Positions 1 to 11,033 of a stretch of 64,000 bases of DNA are shown here, in pieces. Each line of letters starts with the position of its first letter. Position 1 is the first letter of the stretch. Under the pieces are notes generated by a model, which had not been told where the DNA came from, made no database searches, and worked only from the letters and a program-made list of their open reading frames with translations. Source of the stretch: an uncultured Verrucomicrobiae bacterium. Lineage in GTDB: Bacteria; Verrucomicrobiota; Verrucomicrobiia; Chthoniobacterales; Chthoniobacteraceae. Made by a program: the position numbers and the translations under genes. The stretch lies in assembly GCA_963828525.1 (NCBI GenBank), contig CAWHEP010000009.1:224001-288000 (forward strand), in the 5' to 3' direction.

Positions 1-56
1 GCGCTAGCATAGCACAGGTTGTGCCGATGGTTGTGTGGCTTGATACTGTCATCGCG

Positions 57-2738
57 ATGATTTCCGTCCATTATGAGCGCGGCCTTGAACTACCGGATTG
101 CGGACTCTGGCTCGATCCCTGGGATCCGAGGGATCTGGCGTTCGTCTCCCACGCCCACAGCGACCACATCGCCAATCACCGCGAGGTGATCACCTCCGAA
201 GCCACTGCCACCCTCATGGGAGAACGGCTTTCCGGCAGGCGTGTGGAGAACATCCTCCCGTTTGGCAAGCCCGTTTCATTCAAGCATTTCTCGATCACTC
301 TTTTACCGGCTGGCCATATTTTTGGCTCCGCGCAGTGTCTCGTGGAGGCAAACGGCGATTCGCTCCTTTACACAGGCGATTTTAAATTGAGGAAGGGGCT
401 CTCCGCCGAGGCGACGGAATGGCGAAGCGCGGATACCCTCATCATGGAAACGACGTATGGCCTTCCGCGCTACGCCTTCCCGCCTTCAAACGAAATCATC
501 GCGGGAATGATCAACTTCTGCCATGAAACGCTGGAGGAAGGCTCGGTGCCGATCCTCTTCGGCTACTCGTTGGGCAAGTCACAGGAAATCCTATGCGCCC
601 TGGCGGAAGCGGGACTGACCCCAATGCTCCACGGGGCAGTGCATCGGATGACTGAGATCTACCGGCGGCTGAAGCCGGAGTTCCCTGCTTTCATGAAGTT
701 CGACGCCTCGACGGTGGCGGGAAAGGTATTAATCTGTCCGCCGAGCGCGAACCGTTCGCTGATGGTCAAGAAGATCAAGAAGCGGAAAACGGCGGTGCTC
801 TCCGGTTGGGCGCTCGATCCGGGAGCAACGTTCCGCTACCAGTGCGACGCCGCGTTTCCACTATCAGACCATGCTGATTATCCTGACCTGATTCGCTATG
901 TGGAACTGGTGCAGCCCAAGCGCGTCCTGACGGTGCATGGGTTCGCCGCCGCGTTTGCAAGAGACCTGCGGGAACGGGGAATAGAAGCGTGGGCTCTGAG
1001 TGAAAACGACCAGTTGGAGCTGCGCCTTGGAAACGGCTCAAGGGAGACCGGAGAGAAAACCAAAATCAGCGTTCCAGAGCTGGAAGAAAATGACGCGTCG
1101 GAGTTCACAAAGTTCGCGCGGGTCGCCGAGAAAATTGGTTCCACAACCAGCAAGCTAAAGAAGATCGGCATTCTCCGGGATTACTTTCTCACTCTGCCCA
1201 AGGATACGCTCGCGATCGCCGCGGTTTATCTGACAGGAAAGCCCTTCCCGCAAAGCGAATTCACTCCGCTGAACGCTGGCTGGGCGGTCATCAAGCGCGC
1301 TCTCCTCGCCGTGAGTGGCGTTGGGGAACAAGCCTTCCGCAATATCGCGCAGCGATGCGGGGATGCCGGTCGCGTCGCAATGGAGTGCCTCCATGGCCGC
1401 CCGCCCGCCGGCTCCCTCACGATGACGGATTCCCGCGCCTTCTTCGACTCTCTGCGGAAAACTCGAGGGCCCATCGCGAAGACCGCGCTCCTGACGGAGA
1501 CACTCTCGCGCGCCTCCGCGCTTGAGGGGCAATACATCGTGAAAATTCTTACGGGCGACCTGCGCATCGGTCTCAAGGAAGGGCTAGTCGAAGAGGGGAT
1601 CGCGCTCGCATTCCAGCGCGACATCGATTCTGTGAAGGAAGCCAACATGGTGGCAGGTGACCTTGGGAAGGTGGCAATGCTCGCCGCTGATAACGCGCTT
1701 GACCAGGCATCCCTCCATTTGTTCGTGCCAATCAAAAGCATGCTCGCAAGCCCCGAACCCAGCGCCAAGGCGATTTGGGAACGGGTTGCGAAAGAGCGCG
1801 GAGCCGTCCCCCGGCTTTGGATCGAAGACAAATTCGACGGAATTCGCGCTCAACTGCACAGCGCGGGAGAGCGGGCTGAGATCTATTCTCGCGATGCCCG
1901 CCGCATCACCGATGAGTTTCCGGAAGTCGCCCGCGCGGCGCTCGATCTCCCAGAGAGCGTCATCATGGATGGCGAGATTGTCGCGTTCGACAAAGGCCGC
2001 AAGCTCACCTTCTTCGACCTGCAAAAGAGACTGGGGCGGAAAGAGGCGGATTTGTTCATGGGCGGAGAAATCCCGGTGCGCTTCATGGTGTTCGATCTGT
2101 TATGGCATGAGGGAATATCTCTGCTCGGCGAGCCGCTGCGGGAGCGCCGCGCGATCCTCGAGAATATTTCGCTGCCTCCTTCCATCGAGTTGACGCCGGT
2201 GTTTCGGGTGACATCCGAGATGGAGATCGAGGAGGCGTTCACCGCCGCGAGGGCGCGCTCAAACGAGGGCCTGATGGTGAAGGACGAGGAGAGCCTCTAC
2301 ACACCGGGCAGACGCGGCCTGGCCTGGCTCAAACTCAAGAAGGAATTTGCGACCCTCGACGTTGTAGTGGTCGGCGCGGAACTGGGCCACGGCAAACGCA
2401 GCCATGTATTAAGCGACTACACTTTCGCCGTCCGCGACGAGAACAACGGTCAACTCCTGACTATTGGAAAAGCGTACTCAGGGCTGACCGATGTCGAGAT
2501 CGAAACGCTGACGGAGCATTTCAAAAGCATCACCGTTGTGAATCATGGGCGTTATCGGGAGGTGAGACCCGAGGTCATCCTGGAAATCGCGTTCGACTCG
2601 GTTCAACGCAGCGACCGCCACGAGAGCGGACTCGCGTTGCGGTTTCCGAGGATCAAATGCATCCGCACGGATAAAACCGTCGAGAACATCGATACGGTTA
2701 GCCATGCCCGAAGCCTGAGCGCGCCATCGACAGCCTGA
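57..2738 (+). CDS. Fusion of an MBL/beta-CASP ligase-associated DNA damage exonuclease (N-term) and an ATP-dependent DNA ligase (C-term)
   Basis: N-term MBL motifs SHAHSDH, AGHIFGS, YTGDF, ETTYG, SDHAD, VHG. C-term ligase motifs EDKFDGIR (adenylated Lys), DGEI, FDLL, EGLMVK, WLKLKK, LRFPR. One uninterrupted ORF; ATG at 57 preferred. Confidence 0.93.
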   Translation: MISVHYERGLELPDCGLWLDPWDPRDLAFVSHAHSDHIANHREVITSEATATLMGERLSGRRVENILPFGKPVSFKHFSITLLPAGHIFGSAQCLVEANGDSLLYTGDFKLRKGLSAEATEWRSADTLIMETTYGLPRYAFPPSNEIIAGMINFCHETLEEGSVPILFGYSLGKSQEILCALAEAGLTPMLHGAVHRMTEIYRRLKPEFPAFMKFDASTVAGKVLICPPSANRSLMVKKIKKRKTAVLSGWALDPGATFRYQCDAAFPLSDHADYPDLIRYVELVQPKRVLTVHGFAAAFARDLRERGIEAWALSENDQLELRLGNGSRETGEKTKISVPELEENDASEFTKFARVAEKIGSTTSKLKKIGILRDYFLTLPKDTLAIAAVYLTGKPFPQSEFTPLNAGWAVIKRALLAVSGVGEQAFRNIAQRCGDAGRVAMECLHGRPPAGSLTMTDSRAFFDSLRKTRGPIAKTALLTETLSRASALEGQYIVKILTGDLRIGLKEGLVEEGIALAFQRDIDSVKEANMVAGDLGKVAMLAADNALDQASLHLFVPIKSMLASPEPSAKAIWERVAKERGAVPRLWIEDKFDGIRAQLHSAGERAEIYSRDARRITDEFPEVARAALDLPESVIMDGEIVAFDKGRKLTFFDLQKRLGRKEADLFMGGEIPVRFMVFDLLWHEGISLLGEPLRERRAILENISLPPSIELTPVFRVTSEMEIEEAFTAARARSNEGLMVKDEESLYTPGRRGLAWLKLKKEFATLDVVVVGAELGHGKRSHVLSDYTFAVRDENNGQLLTIGKAYSGLTDVEIETLTEHFKSITVVNHGRYREVRPEVILEIAFDSVQRSDRHESGLALRFPRIKCIRTDKTVENIDTVSHARSLSAPSTA

Positions 2739-2807
2739 AGTTTGACGGAAGGCGTCCGGCTTGGTTTCTTCGTGCGCAACCGGAAGAATGCCGGTAGCTT
2801 CCCAAGC

Positions 2808-3551
2808 ATGCGGAACGCCCCGCGTATTATCATAGTCGCCGCGCTGCTTTGGGTGGCGTTCGTCATTTACCACCAGGTAAAGCTCGCTGGCTCAGCCGAG
2901 AATCCCGATCCCTCGAAGGTCGTGCTCCTATTCGGCGCCGTAGTGCTTCTCACGGTGGGAGCCGCTGCCTTCGCCGCCTTTTGGCTGCTGCCGCTTTTGG
3001 GTGAACGCATAGGGAACGCGTTTTTTAATCCCGGTGGAGAGATGGAACGGGGCCCGCACGCGGACGCGCTGGCCAAGGTGGCGCTGGGCGACTATGTGGC
3101 GGCCATCCATCAGTACCAGAAATGCTATAAGAAAGACCCAGACGATGTGCTGGCGCTGAGCGAGATGGCTCATCTCTACTGTGACAAGCTGGAGGATTAC
3201 GACTCCGCCGCGGCATTGCTGGAGGAAGAATTGAAGCGGGATTGGCCTGCGGATCAGGGTGCCTTCCTCGCCGGGCCGTCTCGTGGACGTGTACTGGCGC
3301 CACCAGCAGGATCATCACGGGCACGCAAGTTGTTGCTCAGCGTAGCGGAGAGCATGCCCGAAACCCGGCACTCAGCCAACGCGCTGCATCGACTGCGAGA
3401 GATCGACCGGGCGGCGCTATTGAATAGCGCCGTCGGAGCTGACCCTGAAACTGCGGTGTCCCCAGACGACACGCCCTGGCAGCCAGCTCGAGAACCAGAA
3501 AAGGGTCTCCGCGAAGCTGGCGACGAGGACAGTGAGCGCAAACAGGTTTAG
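2808..3551 (+). CDS. Membrane-anchored tetratricopeptide-repeat-like protein
   Basis: Two N-terminal hydrophobic helices, then TPR-like helices (GDYVAAIHQYQKC...ALSEMAHLYCDKLEDYDSAAALLE). Probable compensating frameshifts near 3270-3320. The 3' end is uncertain because it overlaps hpnI. Confidence 0.6.
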   Translation: MRNAPRIIIVAALLWVAFVIYHQVKLAGSAENPDPSKVVLLFGAVVLLTVGAAAFAAFWLLPLLGERIGNAFFNPGGEMERGPHADALAKVALGDYVAAIHQYQKCYKKDPDDVLALSEMAHLYCDKLEDYDSAAALLEEELKRDWPADQGAFLAGPSRGRVLAPPAGSSRARKLLLSVAESMPETRHSANALHRLREIDRAALLNSAVGADPETAVSPDDTPWQPAREPEKGLREAGDEDSERKQV

Positions 3552-4555
3552 CGGAAAATTAAGGGCGCGTGATTTCGTCCAGGCGGTGAACAGCCGGATA
3601 AGATAAACGCCATAAAAACACGAGCCATCGCCAGGGCTCCAGCGGCCCCAGAAGAACCAACAACGCGGCGAAGGATACGCCATGCGTGACGAGCATGCCA
3701 AAATAGCCGCTCGGGTCGGAAACGCGGTAGGTCACTGCCACCCGCCGCTGGTGCATGAAATATTGAAGCCACGAAAGGGATCTCGTTTCAATGCCAAGGA
3801 CAGGCTGGCTAAGGACAACCTTTTTGCCGGAACGAGCCAGAACGGCTCCAAGCCTATTATCCTCGGCCAGATTATTGGAGAAACGTTCCCAGCCGCCTGC
3901 ATCCTGGAGGTGATGCTCCATGACTCCCGTGCAAGCTCCGAGCGTAAACCGGATTGGGCCGAGCTGCTCGGAAGCCGCCAGACCGGGCCACAGCGTCAGC
4001 AGAGCAGCAGCCTGGTCAAGCATCTGGGGAAAGGTTTGCCCATTGATGAACCGGTAGCCGGCGGTCAAAACATCGGCTCCGGAAGCCTGCCATTGTTCTG
4101 CGAAGTCATCGACAAATTCCGGCGTCATCCAAACCTCGCTGTCGCTCACGATCCAATGAGCGTGGGTTGCTTCGCGGCTCATCTGAATGAGCTTGTTGAC
4201 CTTGGGATTTAGAGCCTCGCCCGAAACGCAACGGGCGACGACGACGTCCCGCTCCGGGATGGGCCACGCGGATGGAATCGCAGGTATCAAAATCTTCATC
4301 ATTATCGACGCCGAAAGATGACCTGATCCGTCGGCAAGGCTGTCTCAACCAGCATCTCGACATACTCCCGAAGCCTTGGCACTCCGCGCTTGACGGGCCG
4401 CAAAAAGGAGACAGGCGGCAAAAGGCGGGTTCGGCCTTCGGCTCGGGCCGAGCGCTGACCTGCCTCTGCTTGATGAGGAAAGCCGTCCAGACGTAGTAAA
4501 AGCTCCCGCAGCCGCTGCCTCCAAGCAGAAAAGCGTCTGACAATACGCTGATCAT
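3417..4555 (-). CDS. hpnI: HpnI-like / ceramide glucosyltransferase-type glycosyltransferase (frameshifted)
   Basis: Pieces in several frames: N-term TM helix, PPVSFLRPVK, NPKVNKL, VSDSEV, GACT, LAEDNRLG, QRRVA, and C-term VVWGHRSFRVSSDG ending at 3417. ATGA overlap with the hpnA stop. Confidence 0.72.
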
Positions 4556-5606
4556 GCGGCCTGGCGCTCCTCTCCAGCACGGGAATTGTCCCCGCAGGCG
4601 CCATGCCGCGCTCTCTGAAATAAGTCGACTGCTTCGCGGATCGCGCCATCGATCCCAACGACTTCGTAACCAATTTCCCTGTCAGCCTTATCGCTGCTGA
4701 AAAAATGGGGATAGCGGGACATTTTCACCGATTCCCGGGTGGCAAACGGCGGTTGTTCGTAAAATGCGAGACGGCCTCCGAAACGCAAGCCGCAGAGTAG
4801 CTCACCCAATCCGGACAATAATGCCGCGGCGTCTTGTAGTGGGTAAACGGCTCGAGCAACTTCAGAAATTCGCCCAACCAGAGATTCACCCCACCCAAGC
4901 AAATACCGCTCCCCGATGTTTCCGTGCATCATCGCCTGTAGATGACCGATTGCGAGACTGCGCACATCGGTAAAATTCAGACTCGTCCGCGCAAGAAGCG
5001 GAATCTCTCCCTTCAGGAACTTCACAATGACCATTCCCGTAGGCGTCGGCTTGACATCCCGCCAGCCAATGGGCGCCGTTGGTAGGGCAGTGATGATCGG
5101 ATCCCCAGCGGCGGCCCGCTTCTCCGTCTCCTGATAAGCCGCAAATTTGGATTGCTTATAAGGCCCCTCCAGATCGGCGGGCCAGCCAGACGCGATTCAT
5201 CCCCATGTCATGAGACTGCGCAAGGATGCCGCAAGTGCTTGTGCTCACAATCCTCTCGACCCCGGCGGTCTTCGCGGCGTCGAGGATGTTCCGTGTGCCC
5301 TGGATGTTGCTTTCAAAGATTTCCCGGGAATCGGGAGCCCAGAAACGATAATCGCCCGCCACATGGAAAAGGTAGCGGCAACCGCGCATCGCTTCCACCA
5401 GGGTTGAAGGCTTCACAAGGTCGCCCTCGTAAAGCTGAAACGCAGCCATGTCGGGGACTGTGCGAGCCGTAGCCGGGCGGACAAGCGCGCGCACGCGGGC
5501 GCCAGCTTCGGCCAGACTGGTCGGCTACATGCCATCCTATAAACCCAGACGCCCCAGTCACCAGAACGTCCTGACCCCTGAAATACTCTGTTATTCCTTG
5601 AGGCAT
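4552..5606 (-). CDS. hpnA: HpnA-like NAD-dependent epimerase/dehydratase (frameshifted)
   Basis: VLVTGASGFIGWHV Rossmann motif, FHVAGDYRFW, NIQGTRNILDAA, KPTPTG, LNFTDVR, FFSSDKADREIGY, split across several frames. Confidence 0.8.
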
Positions 5607-5646
5607 TGACACCGCTGTTGTTACCAAGCTTGGTTCTTCTTTACAA

Positions 5647-6404
5647 ATGAAACTTCTGACCGTGACCGCCGATGATTTCGGGCACAGCGGGCGCGTAAAC
5701 GCCGAAATTGAGCGTCTTCACAAAGCAGGACTGATCACCCACGCGAGCCTCATGGTCAATGGCGAGCGAGTGACGAAGCGGTCGAGGTCGCCCGGCGAAA
5801 CCCGGGCTTGACGGTGGGACTGCATCTGGCGTTATGCGACGCCAAAGGTTCCGCGATGTCCCGCATTACGGACGCGGGCCAGAACCTGCCCGCCACACCA
5901 CTCTCGGCGGGATTGCGCTACGCGTTCGATCACCGGCTGGAGCCCGCGTTGCGAGAAGAGATCCGGCTCCAGTTTGAGCGATTTGCGGCGCTGGGCTTCA
6001 AACCCGCCTATTGGGACGGGCACACGCATCTGCACTTGCATCCTACAGTGCTTCGCCTCGCGCTCCCGGAAGCTGTCCGGGGCGGATTCCGATTCACACG
6101 CTTGGTCAGGGAACCGGGATCAAAATCAAGGCTCGGACTCATCTTCGCTGCCCTGAGCAGAGCGGCTCTTGGCAAGCTGCAAGCGCGCAAAATGGGGTTC
6201 AATGACCGGGTTTACGGGCTATCGGAAACGGGCCAAATGAACAATGAGGCGTTTGAACGGATTCTGAATCGCCTGCCGGAAGGAGCCAGCGAACTATATT
6301 TTCACCCGGGCGTGGACGGCCTGGATTTGGCCGCAGACACGCTTCTGGAGACCATCCGGGCCAGGAAGATCGTACTGCGCGCCGCAGACACAGCCGCGCG
6401 ATGA
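5647..6404 (+). CDS. hpnK: ChbG/HpnK family deacetylase (one frameshift near 5770)
   Basis: Starts MKLLTVTADDFG...ASLMVN, continues VGLHL, DGHTHLH, ELYFHPG. Divergent from hpnA. Confidence 0.8.
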
Positions 6405-6415
6405 ACGCGCCGAAC

Positions 6416-7201
6416 TCAGGCGTCGCAGCCGATTGGCACGCGACAACTCACCTCCGACTGGGACGCGCATAACACTTCGGCGGGACCCCCGCTGATTTGT
6501 GAGCGCACGGCGTGGAGAGCGAGTTCTGGACGGTTGCAATCGCGACTCAGATGACCAAGAACCACCTGCCTAAGGCTGATATCCACCAACTGCCTGACCA
6601 CCTGGGCGGCGGCGGCGTTTGAGAGATGCCCGTGACGCGACATGATGCGCTGCTTGATGGCCCAAGGGCGGCGAGTGTCATCCTGCAAAAGCTTTTCGTC
6701 GTGGTTGGTCTCGATGACCAAAGCGTTCACCGTTCTGACTCGCTCGAACACGAGCTTGGTGGCAAACCCTAGATCGGTCAGGAACCCTAGCGAGGCATCG
6801 CCGTGATGCAGTACAAAGCCAACTGGATCCACTGCGTCGTGGGGCACGGGAAAAGTCTGAACAGAGATATCCTTAACGCAAAACTCGCCCCCGGTCGCGA
6901 AGAGTCTCCAGTCGCAAGCGGTGGTCAGGCCCGACTGCTGCATCGCCTCCGCCGTGAGACGGTTGCAGTAAATGGGGATCGCGAACTGGCGGCAGAGAAT
7001 CTCGATGCCACGCACATGATCGCCATGTTCATGGGTGAGCAGGACACCATCGATCCCGATGGGATGAAGACCGATCGATTCGAGGCGGCGCTTGATCTGC
7101 CTTCCACTCAGGCCACCATCGATCAGCAACCGGCACGTCGCGGACTCCACCACGGCGCAGTTCCCAGCGCTTCCGCTGCCGAGGATGGTCAGGGTAAACA
7201 C
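6416..7201 (-). CDS. MBL-fold metallo-hydrolase (YycJ/WalJ/PhnP-like)
   Basis: LGSGSAGN, THEHGDH, PHDAVDP, TDLG, ETNHD, GHLSN, LGHLS motifs. Confidence 0.9.
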   Translation of the reverse strand: MFTLTILGSGSAGNCAVVESATCRLLIDGGLSGRQIKRRLESIGLHPIGIDGVLLTHEHGDHVRGIEILCRQFAIPIYCNRLTAEAMQQSGLTTACDWRLFATGGEFCVKDISVQTFPVPHDAVDPVGFVLHHGDASLGFLTDLGFATKLVFERVRTVNALVIETNHDEKLLQDDTRRPWAIKQRIMSRHGHLSNAAAAQVVRQLVDISLRQVVLGHLSRDCNRPELALHAVRSQISGGPAEVLCASQSEVSCRVPIGCDA

Positions 7202-7328
7202 GCCCTACGATTGGATGAAACGAGAGCCGCTGGCAATGGAGAAATAGCCGAAATGAGCTTTTCGCGAGGACGCGGCTGGCACGCCCGGTGCTTGAATTAC
7301 CGCTCCGAACCCGCCGCCATTCCGACCT

Positions 7329-7655
7329 ATGAACAACCCCGATCCCGTGTTTGCTTTCCGCGAAGGATGCAGCAGTGCCATGCTCGAGAAGATCTCGCTT
7401 CAGACCAAGCCGACGGGTAGAACGCGCGCGGCAAACGATTTACTCAATCAAATCCGGCTCGGTGTGGTGATCAAAGGCTTTTGCCTTCTTTTTGACGAGA
7501 ACCTCGACCTCATCTGCGGTGAAGAAGCCGGGCTGAGTCCCGCCGAGCGGATCAAGCGGATCATGGAATTCGCCACTAAAAACGGATACGCGGCGCGATT
7601 CCATAGCGGTTCGCAACGGGTCGAATTTGTGTCCCTGGCAGCAAGCGGGCTTTGA
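7329..7655 (+). CDS. Hypothetical protein
   Basis: 108-aa ATG ORF filling the gap upstream of glgP; no motif recognised. Confidence 0.5.
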   Translation: MNNPDPVFAFREGCSSAMLEKISLQTKPTGRTRAANDLLNQIRLGVVIKGFCLLFDENLDLICGEEAGLSPAERIKRIMEFATKNGYAARFHSGSQRVEFVSLAASGL

Positions 7656-7744
7656 TCCTGGGCCGGGAAATTTTCTTTCCTTGCCTGTCGGAGTCCGCCT
7701 TGTAAAGTCGGCATTCCCCCCGATAAACCCGGGAGAACAGGATA

Positions 7745-10309
7745 ATGCAGCCAATACTTACCTATAACGTCATACCGAAACTGCCAGAGAAACTAGAGCC
7801 TCTGCGCGAAATCGTTTACAACCTCTGGTGGACTTGGGAACCCGCCGCCCGCAAACTGTTCCGGCATCTTGATACCGACCTCTGGACGCGGACCAATCAC
7901 AACCCGCTGCGCATGCTGCAGTTGTCGCGGCAGGCGCGGCTGGAAGAAGTCGCCGGGGACAAGGGATTCATCCGCGATCTGGACGCGGTGCATGCCAAAT
8001 TCAAGGCGTATCTGGCGCGCAAAGACACCTATGGTAAAACCCGGCCGCAAAGCGCGATACGAAGCAACCCGGTGGCGTACTTCTCGGCGGAATTTGGCTT
8101 CCATGAATCCGTGCCGAACTATTCAGGCGGCTTGGGAATCCTCTCCGGGGATCATTGCAAATCGGCGAGTGATCTGGACCTGAATTTCTGCGCGGTGACA
8201 CTCCTCTACCGGCACGGCTACTTCAAACAGCAGATCAACAAGGATGGCTGGCAGGAAAGCGTCAGCCTTGACCAGAACTTCCATCACCTGCCGATCAAGG
8301 AAGTTCGCCAGGATGACAAGCCGCTGCAGATCTCGGTGGAGATGCTTGGGCGCAACGTGTTTGCGAAGGTGTGGGAACTCGCGATTGGACGGATCAAGCT
8401 GTATCTGCTAGACACCGACCTCGCGGATAATGGGCAGGAGGATCGCCTAATCACCGCGCAACTTTACGGAGGTGATCTCGAGATGCGCATCCGGCAGGAG
8501 ATCGTGCTTGGGATCGGAGGCGTTCGCGCGCTGGACGCGATGGGAATCACCCCGTCTGTCCACCACATGAATGAGGGCCACTCCGCGTTTCTCTCGCTGG
8601 AGCTGATCCGGCGCAAGGTGGGAGAGAGCAAACTGGATTTCAACAGCGCCTTGCAAGTGATCGCTGCGGGAAATGTCTTCACGACGCATACTCCAGTTCC
8701 GGCCGGGAATGACGCTTTTCCGCGCGAGATGATGATCCGCTATTTCGGGAATTATCCCCATCAAGTGGGCATTTCTTTTGACAAATTTTTTGGGTTTGGC
8801 CAAACAACCGTCGCGCCCGAGGATAATTTCAGCATGACAATTCTCGCGTTGCGGACGAGCCGCCATGCCAATGGTGTCAGCGCGTTGCACGGCGAGGTAA
8901 GCCGGGGACTTTGGAAGGATGTCTGGGCCGGCGTGCCAGAAGATGAGGTGCCAATCACCAGCATCACAAATGGAATCCACACGAAAACGTGGACGGCTCC
9001 TGAATTTACCGCCCTGTACGAGAAATACCTTGGAAGCGACTGGGAAGAGCACCTGACCGAGCCGGACTTTTGGCGCGGCGTGATCGACATCCCGGATGAT
9101 GTTCTTTGGCAAACCCACCAGGATTTAAAAAGGCGTCTCATCGAGTTCGTGCGGATGCGGCTGAAAAGCCGCCGCGAACGGCTCGGCGAATCGCCAGCCG
9201 AAGTCCGGAAGGTGAATCAACTGCTCGACCCGGAAATCCTCACGATCGGGTTTGCGCGGCGGTTCGCGACTTACAAGCGCGGCAACCTTCTGTTTTCGCA
9301 ACCCGAGCGGCTGCACAAGATGGTGTCTAATTCACAGCATCCGGTGCAATTCGTGTTCGCGGGCAAGGCTCATCCAAAAGATGACGGCGGGAAAAAATTC
9401 ATCCAGGAAGTCTATCGGAATACCTGCCTGCCCGAATTCGCGAACCGCGTCGTATTCGTTGAAGATTACGACACAAACGTCGCGCGGCGCCTGACGCAGG
9501 GAGTGGATCTCTGGCTAAACACCCCGTTGCGTCCGTACGAGGCGTCCGGAACGAGCGGGATGAAGCTTCCGCCGAATGGCGGCCTGAACCTGAGCGTCCT
9601 TGATGGCTGGTGGTGCGAAAGTTATAATGGGAAAAACGGATGGGCTATCGGCCCTGAGATCACGACGGGAACGCTCGACTTCCAGAACGAGGTAGACATC
9701 GCCAGTTTGTTCCACATCCTCGAGACTCAGGTCATCCCCTTATACTACGCGAAACCGGATGGCCGCCTCCCGGTCGCCTGGCTGCAATTGATGCGGGAGT
9801 CGATTCGCAGCGTGACCCCGGTGTTCAATACGCATCGCATGGTGAAGGAGTACGCGGAACGCCTCTACGAACCCGCCGCCGCGGCGCGAGCGAAGCTTTC
9901 CGCTGGAGGCGCGGCAAGCGCTTCGGAAATCAGCCAATGGAAAGATCGCATGCGCAAGGATTGGGCCCAGGTGCGAATCACGGATGTGCAAATCGCGGAC
10001 GGAGGCAAGATAAACGTGATCGTCGGAGAGTCATTGAAAGTAAGCGCGCGGGTGCATCTCGGAGTGCTGAAGCCGGAATCAGTGAAGGTGCAGGCATACT
10101 ATGGCGAGAGCGACGACAACCAAATCTCCAAACCATCCATCATCGACCTGACTCACTCCACCGGGGCTGATGCTTCTGGCGACTACGTGTTCCAAGGGGA
10201 GATCCCTGCTCCGGAAAGCGGCGCTTACGGATTCAATGTCCGTGTGCTCCCAACCAATCCGAACCTGACACAGGCGCACGAGTTGCGGTTGATAACCTGG
10301 GCCCGGTAA
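7745..10309 (+). CDS. glgP: Alpha-glucan (glycogen/maltodextrin) phosphorylase
   Basis: YFSAEFG, YSGGLGILSGDH, HMNEGH, FARRFATYKR, and the PLP-lysine motif EASGTSGMK. Confidence 0.97.
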   Translation: MQPILTYNVIPKLPEKLEPLREIVYNLWWTWEPAARKLFRHLDTDLWTRTNHNPLRMLQLSRQARLEEVAGDKGFIRDLDAVHAKFKAYLARKDTYGKTRPQSAIRSNPVAYFSAEFGFHESVPNYSGGLGILSGDHCKSASDLDLNFCAVTLLYRHGYFKQQINKDGWQESVSLDQNFHHLPIKEVRQDDKPLQISVEMLGRNVFAKVWELAIGRIKLYLLDTDLADNGQEDRLITAQLYGGDLEMRIRQEIVLGIGGVRALDAMGITPSVHHMNEGHSAFLSLELIRRKVGESKLDFNSALQVIAAGNVFTTHTPVPAGNDAFPREMMIRYFGNYPHQVGISFDKFFGFGQTTVAPEDNFSMTILALRTSRHANGVSALHGEVSRGLWKDVWAGVPEDEVPITSITNGIHTKTWTAPEFTALYEKYLGSDWEEHLTEPDFWRGVIDIPDDVLWQTHQDLKRRLIEFVRMRLKSRRERLGESPAEVRKVNQLLDPEILTIGFARRFATYKRGNLLFSQPERLHKMVSNSQHPVQFVFAGKAHPKDDGGKKFIQEVYRNTCLPEFANRVVFVEDYDTNVARRLTQGVDLWLNTPLRPYEASGTSGMKLPPNGGLNLSVLDGWWCESYNGKNGWAIGPEITTGTLDFQNEVDIASLFHILETQVIPLYYAKPDGRLPVAWLQLMRESIRSVTPVFNTHRMVKEYAERLYEPAAAARAKLSAGGAASASEISQWKDRMRKDWAQVRITDVQIADGGKINVIVGESLKVSARVHLGVLKPESVKVQAYYGESDDNQISKPSIIDLTHSTGADASGDYVFQGEIPAPESGAYGFNVRVLPTNPNLTQAHELRLITWAR

Positions 10310-10325
10310 TAGAAAGCGCTTTCTA
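10310..10325. terminator. 16-bp perfect palindrome between the convergent glgP and pgeF-like stops
   Basis: TAGAAAGC-GCTTTCTA. It has no loop or long U-tract, so terminator function is uncertain. Confidence 0.25.
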
Positions 10326-11033
10326 AGCGCCGCGTGTTGCCGCTTCATCCTGACACTGCATGAACGCAAGCATCCTGCCGGTATTGCCAAGCTCCGCCCG
10401 GTAGGAATAGTAGCGGCTCAAGTTGGCGGCGGTGCAAACGCCACAGTCGAATACCTGCTCGACACCGGCAGCGCGGCACTGTGTTGCAATCGCCGAGGCA
10501 AAATCGACCTCAAACCGGGGTGGCCTGATGCAGGGACTCAACTGGATCACCAACTCCTCCGCTTTGGAGCCGAACTCTGCTGACATGCGCTCTATTGTTG
10601 CCGGAACAACTCCCAGTTCCGTGCCCTTCCTCCCGGAATGAGCCAAACCGATGCAGCGTCTCACCGGATCGAGGATATATACCGCGCAGCAGTCGGCTAC
10701 GTAGATCTGTAGAACGATGGAAGCATCGGACGTAATCAGGGCATCAACCTGCGGAAAGCAAAAGGCCTTCAGCCCGAGCGAGGCTTGTCGCGCCACCGCG
10801 ACTCCCCTGCCATGCGTCTGCTCCGCCGTAGCCAGGAACAAATTCTCCAAGCCCAGTGATCGCCGGGCGTCCCTGTGACAATCATCAAGAGCGCGCAACG
10901 TCGCGGCGCGGTCTGAGCCTACCGGGACGCCAGCCGCGCGTCCGACGAATCCCGCGCGCGCGAAAGGGAAGCGATCCAGCGCCGGAAACCTATCAATTGG
11001 CGCGAGGCCGCTTCCTTCCATCGCGAAGAACAT
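10323..11033 (-). CDS. YfiH/PgeF-like polyphenol oxidase / purine nucleoside phosphorylase family protein
   Basis: EQTHG, DALIT, VADCC, AHSGRKG, SPCI, CTA...YYSYR...GRM motifs. Confidence 0.9.
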   Translation of the reverse strand: MFFAMEGSGLAPIDRFPALDRFPFARAGFVGRAAGVPVGSDRAATLRALDDCHRDARRSLGLENLFLATAEQTHGRGVAVARQASLGLKAFCFPQVDALITSDASIVLQIYVADCCAVYILDPVRRCIGLAHSGRKGTELGVVPATIERMSAEFGSKAEELVIQLSPCIRPPRFEVDFASAIATQCRAAGVEQVFDCGVCTAANLSRYYSYRAELGNTGRMLAFMQCQDEAATRGA

